NCBI RefSeq assembly: GCF_026571515.1
Contig: NW_026853675.1
Location: 62,001 to 126,000, forward strand
Length of the DNA: 64,000 bases
Direction of reading: 5' to 3'
From: Ruditapes philippinarum
Lineage: Eukaryota
Shown piece by piece: positions 27,291 through 40,900 of the stretch. Made by a program: the position numbers and the translations under genes. The notes under the pieces are model-generated. The model ran no database searches. It was not told the origin of the DNA and saw nothing but the letters and a program-made list of their open reading frames with translations. Numbering within the stretch: the first letter of the stretch is position 1; each line of letters starts with the position of its first letter.

Positions 27291-30200
27291 AAAATAAAAT
27301 AAATGAAGTTTCTTAATCGAGGACAAGACGAATATACCGGGAATTGAATTGATTTTTTAAGATTGAATTATTAGTGTCTTTCTTTTAAAATAAAAGGGAT
27401 TTTTAATGTCTTACAATCAGATAAAATTGATTATTTTTAATATTAAACTTTTTAAGTAGAACTTACTCGTATAACATTGAGCGAAAAAGTTAAAGATTTG
27501 GGATACTTTTAACTATTCTATAATTGAACAATTAAACTTCCTTTTTGTGATCGTCATTAATAGCATACAAGCTTACTTAAAAATCTATCAATCTGCGATT
27601 TCAATAATTACATTTCAAAACATATAATTTGCTATGTTGAATAAGTAGATCAAGTAACTCTTATGGCCATACATTTCTTTAAAAATGATTGATAAAAGGA
27701 AGATAAAGACTGACATTTTATACATAAAACTTTATATTACTGGTATATATAAGGGTGGTCGGCATTTTTGACTTGTAATAACATTACAATGTATCTTTAT
27801 ATTTTCTTTATATTTTTCAATGATAAAATGATATATTCCACCATGAGACCACTATAAGAACTATAAATAGTTATGATAACACCAACAGCCCTTTTCAGGG
27901 CTAACCTTTCATATTGTCACAGGTTACTGTACATTTAGGTTCTCATTGACCGCCGTACAGTGACCTACTCTTGGCTCAAAATTCATATCTTTGGCTAATA
28001 CTCCGTGGAAATTGCATGGAGGTAAATTATCACCTCTTTGTGCTTCAAAATTAACTCTTTAAGGGCATGACTGGTGATATGTCCAGGGTCCGTACTCGAC
28101 AGCGAAAGCTGCATTTTGTGCCCGAAAATGCGGATGGACCCTCATTAAGCTTTAACTACATACATTTGTCCAATTGATAAATAAAACTGTAAAGATGAGG
28201 ATGATTATTTTTTCTTGTACATATGTTTTACTTTTGTAAACGCTTTTCCCATCTATACCATTTCGCTGCTAATAGACGGGTGTATTCGTGCAATCTCTTT
28301 TCCTACAACACAATCAAAACAATTAAATCTGTGCTAGGGATATAAAAATAATCTATATGATTAATTGACTTTTGTATCGTGTTGAAAATAATAATATATA
28401 ACAACATATATATAACAACATGCTCTATCATAAAGGTATAGTTTGATATGATTTATCTATGTAAGGTTAAAAATAAGAAACATTTTTTCACTTTCATTTA
28501 CTACACACCATGACAAATACAGTTTAATTTTACAGTTACAACTCTGGCAGCGAATTAGTGTAGTAAATTTGTTTTTGTAAGTGTTGTGAGTAAATCTATA
28601 TTTGTTAATCATCTTTTAGAAAACTAACATTGTTGTCAATATCTTAAGCTCCACATGTCTTTAGTTTAATTCAAAAAAGTACAAAAATGAAAAATTAAAA
28701 AAGAATCTATCATATTCAGTAACTACAACAGAAGGGAATAATAAAAAAAGTTTTTGTTCTTATTGTAATACTGTATCAGGCTATTAACTATGCAACAGAA
28801 AACAATTAAACGATAGATTACTAATTAAAATTTAATATCCTAGCTTTAATGTTGACGCAATTAGCTTCAAGCTACTTAGCACGGTTTTGAGATAACACTT
28901 TATTGTGAAAGAATTGAAGAAATATTTTGTTTAATTTCCAAATGTTAAACAAACATAATTGCTTTGTCTTTTTCAGCAATACATATGCATATTTTCAGTA
29001 TTGAAATCATGCCTGTATAAAGGAAAATTTTAGAGGAAACATTTAAGATATATCATGATCATTTCATGATAAAAATCTGAACTGTGAATATTGATTATTT
29101 CTATAGGCTGTTAAAGATAAGAAGTATTTTTCTTTCAATTTCATATATCTATATGTATATGCTTAATGTTTTTGTGCATATATAAACAACAATATAAAGT
29201 TGTAAAAGTTGGTAAAATATGAAAATTGCGTCTGCTGGGTTGCGTTTTTATAATTGTATTAAAATAAAATATTGGAATGTTCTAGCAAGTTTATTTGACT
29301 TACAAGAGAAAACACCAAACCAGTCAAATACATTCTTACAACGCATTATTTGGGTATGCCCTTTTTATAATCTAAAAAAATAACACAATCGAGTAGCCTG
29401 TGATTGCATAACACAATATATTAGCATCATAATTAAGTCATCATGACCAATTACAGAATCTCATTGATAATCAAAACTTCTTTTTTAAAATGCATATGTG
29501 ACAATTTGCAATATGGCAAATTAAAAAAACACACTATGTAACAAATAGTGTAATATCCATTTAAATCAGGAATGTTGTTGTTTATATATATGTTTATGCA
29601 AATTGTTATACGTATTTCATGTGTTACATGTTGCTTACTTCTTATATTGCTTTTTACGCAATTATTTCACTTGTTTAACATTTTAAATTCTGTCAAACTC
29701 TAACACTCAAATAACATAAAGTATATAAAATACAACTTGGAATGGCATACAGTTTTATTCTAGCTAAAATCTATGTCTTATTTCCAGAAGACCCACAAAT
29801 ACAATAATAGACATCAATATCAATTAATTATCAATATAGTTATAAGATACTCTATTTTCTGGACATATAATATCAACATCAGATGCCGATAATGTTTCGG
29901 ACCGTAACAATGATGTAATTTTGAAGAAAACAGAGTTTAAAAGATCTGCAGTTCCTTTAATGCTATAGTGCACCATCGTATAATTCACATTGCTATCTCG
30001 TTAGACGGTTAGACATCAGCAACTAGCTCAACGCATAGTATGTTTTATGTAAAATGAAAATATAATAATGTTTATTATGTATAAGAGCTATTTTCCAAGA
30101 ATAACCATCATATGTTTTTAACCGGGTTTTTCGTTTAGTTCTTTGTAAAATTGTTTAGATTATCGAAAAAGCGCATAAAGACATCTGCATTGTGGATTTA

Positions 30201-31894
30201 TATAATAAGAGGTACTTTGGTTTGTTGCATAACTGTATCAATGTGTACCTTCAGTGAAAATGATAGTTGAAATGACACAATTTGTATTATTACAGTAAAT
30301 ATTTCAATTGATTTAAGAGTATTGAATTTAAGTATAAGAACTGATTTTGATTTTTAGATTGCTTGATAAAATAAGCTAACGTTGGCAAAATTACGCCTTT
30401 GAGACATTTATGGTAAAATGTATTTTTTTAGAAGCTTATAAATGTATTTTACTTATCTGTGATATTCTTGTTTGATCATTTGTTTGTTCTGCAATAAAAG
30501 ATTCTTTGAATGTGGTGTTGCTCGTTATTATTTAATACTGGATAGCATGCTATGTATTGTATTGTTGTAAAAATCTTTGGCAAACACAGAGTAGCTGAAA
30601 ATTTACAGTATTGATTAAAAGGCACAGACGGTCACTTATTTTAGTTGGACATGCTTTGATTTACATTAGAATTGGAAATAGCTAAAACATATTTACTTGT
30701 CATCAACAAATATTTTTACAGTAATAAGGCGATTGTCAATTTTGTAACCAGAAACTAGTGCCAGTCTCTTAGATACTAATGACCGGTAAGAATATTTCAA
30801 CTTCATTAATTAACCAATACCATGTCATTTTCTCAAAGTTCCGAACCGATGCTTTCCACATATTAATAACATGAATATATAGATTTCGTTTCAACGGATA
30901 CAACATTTTAATGATATATCTTTTGGTATGCTGATGGGCAATGGTGACGTCAACAAACGTTATATATTTATTTACATCAATAGTAAATCCAGAAAAAAAA
31001 TTCCATCATATGCTTCAAATACAATATTGTGTGGCGAGATCATTGTAAGTTAACAATGATATATGATCTAGTAGAGGCGATTTGAATTTAAAATTTACAT
31101 TTCAATATTGAAAACATGAAAACACTATTAACTAACAGTAGGTACCTATGGCAATTGATGGTTTATAAGTCATAATTGCGAATAATCAATTAACATTAGC
31201 CTGAATAAACAGCTTGTATCAGATTAATGTACGTATTTTTTGTGAGTCATTATTATATTGTTGTATTAACAAAAGCCAGAACAGATGGCTGTTTAGAATG
31301 AGCAGTAAATACTTATCTGAAAAAAAAATCTAGAAAGCGGAGATTCATCGATATAATTAAAACAATTTAAAAGTAAGAAGCATATCAATGTTGAGTCTTT
31401 TCATGGACAATATTCCCAAGCTCTGGGCAGTATTCAGTCTCCAAGCACAACTGGCATTTTTGCTCCCGAAGGACCAGGAATATATAACAACAAGGTGCCA
31501 ACCAACACTTGATATCTGCTGAATCATGATCGAGTATAAGTCTGGGTGGCTGTTTGGAATTCACAGATAGAGCTGATTTTTTAATCTTACAAATATGAAA
31601 AATACACACCTAATAGTTTTATGTTAAAATAGCATACCTCTACAAGATTAATTTAATCATTGCAAACAATCGTTAACAACCATTACATACTAATGTGAGA
31701 AATTAAATGAACACAGCAGAGACCATAAATTGATAATAACTAATACTATTGTGGAAATATCGAGTATTGCCTGGCAATATTACCTAGACCTGTGGTAACT
31801 AAGGTAAGTTGTTTATGTAATTATTATTATTGCTAGTTGTTCGATTATTGGTCTCATTTGAGTCAGTGGTCACTGGTCACTGCAGACATAAAAG

Positions 31895-34800
31895 ATGGCG
31901 CGTACTGGTAATTTCAGTACATACCTTTGTTTTATAATGTTTGTGATAGGAATAAATGCGCAAGGTATTGTAATAGTATTTAATCCTTAGAACTCTGAGT
32001 TGCCAGCGTTATACCGATGCATTATTCATGAAATCGGCGATATAAATAGTGTCTTAATAATATTTTCTCTGCATATTTCATATTATATAACACGTGTAGT
32101 TTGATATACCGAATATAAGAATCAATAATGTGATATATGCGTTTATTATGTTCATAGATATCAACAAAACTTCAGTTCGGTACAAAGGTCATTCTCACGA
32201 ATGTTCATAAAAGTAAACGTTTTTTTCTGGAAATATATTTCATGAGGTTAAAAAAAATATTTTAGCAGCCTTATTATGAGCCAGTTCATGTCTTCCTTCG
32301 TCTTGAAATCAATATATTTTGGTTCCTTTTCTTGCGGTGACCCTCGTTTCGGCCGCAGATTTGCAAATTTCTTTGTTATTTTTACATTTTTTATATTTCT
32401 TGCATTTTAACACCCCATTTCTTTTGAAAACTAAGCTTCATGAAAAATTCATTCATTGTTGTTTCAGCATAGTAATTATATTTTCATTCCATCAACTATT
32501 ACTGTATCAGTTATTTTCTTACATTGCGTAATTTATTTTCGACGATTGCAGAACATACGTTTCTACAATGATTATTATTTGACATACATTGTAAACTTTA
32601 TTATCTGATTGCCTATAGGAATGAATATGTTGCCCTCAGAAACCTTATTTACTTGTAATATTCATGCATAATAAATGAAGTGACTGGTCAAATGTTTGAC
32701 CTAATAAGCATAGATTTAAAAGTGTTTCAGAGTTCGCAGAATAAAGTGCATTCACACCTGAACAGATGATGACCTAACCTTTAAGTATAAAAGCAAAACT
32801 AACTTAATGGTATAGAAGACAAATTGTTGATGCACAGTATCAAACGTTCTGGTTTATTATTTGACATATAATATAAACACCATAAAAGTAAAGTGGTGTT
32901 TGGCCAGAATTTCTAATTTGTATAAAAATATCATTTTTACTTTTCAAATCTTGACTTATTAATTTCTTATATAAAAAATGTTCATATCACATAAAGGCAC
33001 CACGGGCACCACGGGCACCACGGGCACTCAATGTAATTTATAATCATGGATTAAGTCAACAAGGAAACAAATCAAATTATTTGAAATTTTGAACGGTTTG
33101 ATTTTATTCACTGCCCTGAATATTTGGAATAATGATAAATACAATTTTGTGGCAGGTTGAAATGGTGTTCATGATATGTTAACATAAAAAATATATATAT
33201 ATGTAAGTATACTTGTTATGACAATTTTATGTTACAATTAGAATATATAAAACTCGCTCATAACAGGCATTATATAAATGTTGATGCATTAACCTAATAA
33301 AGGATATTTGTCCGTCTTACTCTATACAAATGATGTGTACAATATATATTTAAGTAATGAACATACAAAAATGTTTGTTAGTTAAATATGTTCTATAGAG
33401 CAAATATCAATATGCATACTTATTGTCAACTAGTTATTTCAATTAGTAATATTTTTTATTTTTTTATTTTTTTTTAGCATTTATGAAACTTGCCGGAAAC
33501 AGGCATTATATGAATGTAGAGGTATTATACTGTGCTTGTTATAATAATACATAAAGATATTTGTATGTCTTATTTGTTGGATTGGGGCGGGTTGTGTGCG
33601 GTAGCGCTGGATGTGATATTTACACGAGTTGTTAAGACAAAAGTGTAAATATAACAGCTGGTGCGGGCGGACAGAATGTGCTTTTCCCTTACATGTAAGA
33701 TAAACAAGTTAACTACTGCTTTTGTGCTTGTGTGTTAGGTCTGAGAGACTGATTTTTGCCATGTAATGTCAAATATTTGAAAAATATTACATTAAATTAT
33801 GAAGTAACATTGTCATTATATGTATGTTATCTGAAAATTTTCTCCGAATATTGTTAAGTGTTAAAAATAATATCCATCTTCTTATGTAACACTATCTTCT
33901 GAGAAAAAAAAAATTTGGAATTTGTTTGGGATATATTTTTCTCATTCGCATTCGAGCAAACATCAGGCATAATGAAAAATATAAATGATATATGACATTG
34001 TGATATGTCAGATATAATTTTCATTTTTGGTCTTTGCGAAGCATATGGATATTCTTATTAGGTCATGAAGTTCTAGTCACTGGTGTTATTAATTTGTGCA
34101 ATCAATAGCACACTTCGTAAGATGAAGTAATGCGAATAGATAGAGTATGTCATAATCAGTATTAAAAAATAGATCATGTTTATAACTATACTTTTACTTA
34201 GAGATTTAGAAGCATACACGATTATAACAATATGTTAGTACATTGTATGTAGTAATAATTTTCAACATGATTGTACACTGTTTAAAATGTTGTCCTCATG
34301 GGCTTTTGGCCTTCAGGATATTTTATGAAATAAAACTTTGAAACTTTGAAACTATGTTACAATCGATTTATACAGTGTCAATTCTTTTCTCTGAACGTAA
34401 TACAATAGTGTGGAGCTTATAACTCGTTGACAAGTCTTTAAAGTTTTAGGGGGAAAATAATTTCAAAAATGTAACACTGTTTGTAATAACATAAAATGGC
34501 TTGTTTTAACAACAAAATATATGGTCTATATGAAGTATATAGATATTTTTCCTGTGAGCTCAAATGACAACAAAGAATAAATGTTTGAATTTGCAAATAA
34601 ATAGTATAGGAACATGGGGAAATTCTGAGTAGAAAAAGATCCGCCATAAGGATAGGGGGCCAACGGCAAGCGGCAATTGTTGTCTTACCTGGGACAATTA
34701 ATGCTGCTTTGCTTATATTGCTGCGATTTTATAATTCCGTGCCTCATTTTTATCATTGATTGACGAATATTTCATGTGTAGTCATTATAATTTATAGATA

Positions 34801-37800
34801 TTACAACTTAAATGACCAATATATAAGGAAACATAAATATTTGATTATCAATAAGACTTTATAACTTGGAAATCATACAAAGATAAGATCTGCAATTTTC
34901 GAGGAAAATGCTGAACAAAACAAAATGAAATAATTAAAGATAAAATGTTTACTCAAAACCAACCTAATTTTGTTAGTAATTAAATACTCGTGACTACACT
35001 GTACTGAAGTATAAACGATCAGTATTACAAATAAAGTTTTTATTTTCACATTTTTTTTTTGTAAAATAGATAATAAAAAGTACAAGATTAGCCATTCTCA
35101 ATGTACCTCCGTTTTTGAGACCGTTATATTGGTACATTCGAGAAATGATACAGACGTATTCTTGAATAAATGACGCCAACGGCTACATAATAATATTTCG
35201 ATTTTTTTTACGTTTTACTTTTTCTGTTCTGTAATTTTCAAAATTAAGCGACTATAAGTTCTTGGTGCTACTATCGTTTTATTATGAAGTAGATTATACT
35301 AGATTGTAATGTCGTCTTAAAATAAATGGAAAAACAGTTTGTCTTCTTTTACGGCATGATTTTAACACACCCTTTACTTTTTTTAGAGTAAAAATTTATA
35401 CAATTGTTATTCTTTTAAGAGAAAACACCAATTATTGTAATCACCCGCCAGATAAACAAAAAAGACCCATCATTGTGCTTAAGGCAATATTTGCAGAAAA
35501 AACTCATGTAATAGAATAATGTTAGTTTGAGTATTATTTAAGCATATATCAGCGATGTTTTTTCACAATCATTTATCGCAGAAAGGTGTGTCATCATATG
35601 AGAAAAGTCTATTGCATTTCTATAAGAAAGCTTCCTAATATCTGAAAGCGGGCATCAGCAGGAACAAAGCCCTTGCCATGAAAATACAGGAAATCTGACA
35701 TAGATATGTTGATGCTTTAAATTAAGATACGAGATTGCGTATTTGAAATACTGCTTTAAAATAGAGCACGCTACCTTAAAAATAGTCATTAAAATAATCT
35801 ATTTTTCACATCGGATAGTAGTTCTTTTACTGTCTTATTGTTCATGTATAACTATAATTTACAAGATGATCATTACATTCAGTATTTTTGATGATAATGA
35901 CTTTTGTCATGCAGGAATGGACAATGTCCTTGACATTAACTGTGACTTGAAAGCGATGTTAGCAGGATCCTCGCCTACAATACAGGTAAACACACCTTTT
36001 AAATATTAAACTTGTCTTATTTGACAATACCAACAGTTTTGTTTTTGTAAAACATTGATGGCTGCTCACAATCATATCTTATAAAGATATTGGGGTCTAA
36101 TGTTTCTCCATTTGATAAAAAACAGAATTTTATGATTTGTTTCAAAGTGCATAAGTTTCTAAGACATTCCTTTTTGAATATTTGACCTTAATTTTTCACG
36201 AGCAAAATGATTTGAAATGGCCTAAAAAGTTTATTTGTTGAAACACGGTGCCTTTACACGTGCATTTTTGTGTTATGTTTGGGACAGAAAACAAGTATAA
36301 AAGACAATCAAGGTTTTATTGTCTTCCATAACATTTGTAATATGTCACTATTATCATGGGATAAAAAGTAGGGCCTATTCATTATAAAGAAAAGAAAACT
36401 TATTCAAAGATGTTTTCTGTGAAAAAAAACTGCTTTCTTTTTTTGCTTGTTTTTGGCCACACGAAGATCATAAAATGCCATAGTAAAGGCACCTTGATTA
36501 AGTATATAATATATCGCTAATACTATCCAGTCTCTTCTCAATTAATCATGCACTACGAAATAATTTTCACATGTAGAATATGATGTTTAAGAAATCCTCT
36601 GAGACTTTTTGACATGACACATTGATTTTAAATTAGTCACATATAAACTTTTGTTAGAATTTAAAATTAACCATTTGCCTTCCATTTTGTCTGTGCAGGA
36701 GATTTGTGGAGACAATTTTCAGGTGATTGTTCATGGATTGACAAGCAATACGTACTTATTTCCAGCTGAATCCTTTCCATGGAAATTTGAAATGACTCTT
36801 GTGACTGATTTAGAAAACCCAGACAATATCATCAAATCCACTAAAATAGTCTCAAGTAAGTAAAAATTAAGTCCCTATTATAATTTTGTTCTAGTTCATT
36901 CGTTATCATTATTATATTTGAAAATGATGTCGAGGAAACATGTACAGTGGATATACCTCGTATATAATTTATAGATTGTTATAGTAAGTGATTACATTTT
37001 TAAAGTTTTGTTTATATCTAGTTATTGATTTCTTTTTTCCCCAAACACCATTGTTTAACTTATAGATATATACATGTAGTTCTAATAACAACAACAATAA
37101 AAGAAAAACAATCGTAAAAATATACTTAAACACTCTGCAACAACACCGAATATTTAACAGCTATTTTTGCTTTAGTTGAATTAACAGAATTAAACCAAGG
37201 CGATAACATCACTGATATCATTACACACTATTTGACTGTAACCCTTGGCAACACAGAGTTCCAGATTCCCGATGGACAATGTGACAATAGAGGTAAATAT
37301 AATCTATTGCTGTACAGATTATAACATTATTTGACTTGACAAGAGTTCTAATTTGTAATCTGCAAACGACTATTTTAACACCTTTCCAATTATATATGTA
37401 TAAGTTTGCGCTATAAACATAAAACAGGTTATAATTCTACTGCTTTATGTATAATATGCTTTTCTATGATGACCATGTATTACACTTTTTCTCTGTCTTA
37501 TATGTTGAAAATATCGATGAGTTTGCTATTTTAGGTGGAAAGGGAATTATGAGGCTTTTCTCCGAACAGTCAGGGTTCGATGCAGAATATGTTGGAAAAG
37601 GTTTCTTTAGGGTGATGTGTGAGTTCTCAGGTATACGTTAGGCTATCAGTTTCACTGGCGTTTTTATAATCACAACTCGTACTATTGTTATTTGAATATT
37701 CTCTTTAACACGCTGCATGTTAGTATTTTATTTGGCGTTTTCACAGAATTTGATAAGAACTTAAGACCACGGCTAGTAATTGTGATACTTGTAAAGCTTG

Positions 37801-37916
37801 TGATATGATAGTCCGTTGCTTTTAGATAATGCTTTTTACCCCCTAAAAAATGCTACCCCCCCCCCAAAAAAAAAAAATAAATGAATAAATAAAATGATAA
37901 TAAAAAATAATGATAC

Positions 37917-37972
<56 letters not shown>

Positions 37973-40900
37973 GTAATAATAATAATGGTAATAATAAAAA
38001 TAAACGTTGATAAGAATTTTATTGGCAACACGCGCATGATGAAAATTTAAGAGTCATACAAAACATAATTATTATCTTCATTTATATTAAGGAGTTGACC
38101 TGAAACTAGAGTTACAGACACCTAATGGCCTGCCATACACACAGAGTAACAATACCACCCTCTACATCGACAATATAAATACAACCAGTGATCTCTTTTA
38201 CGCAACAGATCTTGCCAATTTAAAGGTAATCCGCCACTGTTTGGATTATTGACAATTGTGTTCGTTAACATTATATTGATATTAATGTAATGGGTATGTT
38301 CATTGTATCGTTTCACTATATAAATATAACTTTGTGGTGACTTTTGTATTGCTGGTTAATATTGTGTTAAATACTTGTCTGCATTCATAGAAATAACCCT
38401 AAAGTAAGTATAAAAGAGGCTAAAGTATCTAGACTTTATTTATTGAAAATATTGTTTTCGCAGCAGGCATGCTTGCTTTGAAAACAAAATTTATTTCAAT
38501 AAGAAAACTTTCTATTAAATTAGATAAGGTATAAATGTTTATGTGTCTGTATAAACAAATTAAAAGTTTATCGAATATGAAAATATCGTCAGAATTTGTT
38601 CTGCTCTTATATTACTTATTTTTATAGGTGATCATGTACTTCATTGTTGAGAAAAAGTTAGAATAATAATACATGTACTAATATTACCAAATACTTAATC
38701 AAAGTTATTTGCAGATAATTGTCGATGGCAGCATACCGCTTCTCGATCCGGCAGACACGTGTATATTTGCCATTGCTTACCTTACTAAAACACATGGAAT
38801 ACATCCAGTACCTAGCAACCAGCATTGTACAGAAATGGGAATGGAAACCAAGGTTCCAGAGATGACTTACTACGACAGTCTAATAGGGGTCCCTATTTGC
38901 TTATGTAAGTGATGTTTTCTTAATTTTCCCTACATTTATTTTTTATATGACGTGAATTTGTTATGCAATAAATATTACAAAATGTGTCATGCTTTACAGA
39001 GAACACAATGACGAAAGAATATTTGAAAAAAAACTATACCTGTTTGGTACTTTAATATTGTTACTACTGCGTCTTTCGTTAATACATGTATGTGCTATAA
39101 GTGTAATGTGCGCGAGAGAACGTGCCACAGTCTTGGAAACAAAAACATATATTCCTATCAGATCTTACTGACTGTATTTCTTTTAACCCATTACTTCATG
39201 AGCATTTTGTGAAAAATGGCTTTTTTCATTGAAAAGTCTCCCGTTACAAGTTCAAATTGTTATAATACTATAAAAAATGCCTCAACACTAATCAAACTTG
39301 GCACAAATGTTGACTGGACCATTGCCCTTGCAACAACATGCTCAGGCTTAAATTACCATGGCAACGAGGGGACATCTCAAAATTGCCAAAAATCACTATT
39401 TTGCGTTGATTTTTTCCATCAAAATTGATTTCAAAGTGCTGCAACTTCTCAATGGATTGAGATAGAGTCAAATGCTTTTCAGCGTTGCTTACACGTTACC
39501 TTATGATCAATCTGGGGTCATTTATAGCCTCTCACAAGTCCAAAATTTTCTTGGCGATGAGGGGGACTCCGCCCCCTTCAAACCCCCCAAACAGAAGGGG
39601 GCACATCCCCCTTCTGGCAACCCCCTGATGTATCTTTTGGTTGGGGGGCCGCGCCGAAAAAGAGGTCACTTTTTTTAACAACATTTCTCAAACAAAAACA
39701 AGTGTTGGGGGCCTAAATAAGGCATTTTTTCACCATTTGAGACAACAAAAAAGGGGGGGGTGAAAAAGGCGTTAAAAGGCGTGTATATAACGTAATGGGT
39801 TAAGAAATAAATAGTAAAATAATGTTCATAATGTTCAGGTGTAAAAAGTGTGCGTATAGCTCAATAATTCTTCATAACTCGTATAGTAATCAACTTTGTG
39901 TGATGTTTTGTTTTTCACATTTCAGCCAATTTGAATAATGGAGGAGACTTGTTACAGATGATAAAAGAAAGTCACCAGAATCTCAGTGTCTGTGGTATGG
40001 TGAAAAAACAGCAAAATAACATAACCTTAAAAATGGCCTATTATCTTATATAAATATGTTTGGCTTATCATTAATATGATATTTAACAAATATGCATATA
40101 TTAAGAAGCACATTCACTGTAAATGAAATGTAACAATTGCAGGCTAGGTATCTTGTGAAGTCTGTACATAGGCGCCCAGATATCTTATATTTCCAATCAT
40201 TAAAGATGGCTAACACGACATTGTTTTTGATATTTTTCTTGTCAATAATGCCGGAAGGTCACCTGCTATTTACATTTATCTTTGATGTTTGTCTGTTATA
40301 TACCGGCTTCAAAACATTTGGTCACGTTACAAAATTTCATTTATTTATTTCTGCAAATTGTTTTCTGATTCTGTGTTAGGGGCGTGGACGATGGTTTTCA
40401 ATTACCCTTACTGTTCTGTAGGAAATCCTGGTTTTCTTTATTTTATTTCAATTTATATAAGGCAGCTATAGGTAAGTAAAGGAGAACCTTAATTTGATTT
40501 ATCAAATGTCAAATGTATGAGCCATGCTTCAATCAAGTGAACTGCAAAAGTATTTATGAGAACTCATAACTGCTCCTGGATTGAGTCTACAACATATAAA
40601 TGTCCTTCATCTTTCACATCCCTGTTTAAACATTCCTGAAAAGAATCATGTTTTGAATTTTTTTTTGATTATTTTTATGTCCTATTTGTTGATTTTTAAG
40701 ACTTGATTTTTATGATTATTCTTCCAGGACAATATACCCTTGTTATTCAAGTGGATCCATTGCATACCTTGCATAACGAGATGAGCAAATGTAATAACTT
40801 TATAACCTTTGACATCTATATCAACTGTGGCATGTCACACGGAGGTATTACAAAAGTCGGCATTTTTTATTTTTAATATAAAAAAAATTTCATAGAATGT

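Noticed and set aside
32996-33027. (GGCACCACG)3 GC-rich minirepeat in gene B intron 1
   Set aside because: Short slippage repeat with no further context.
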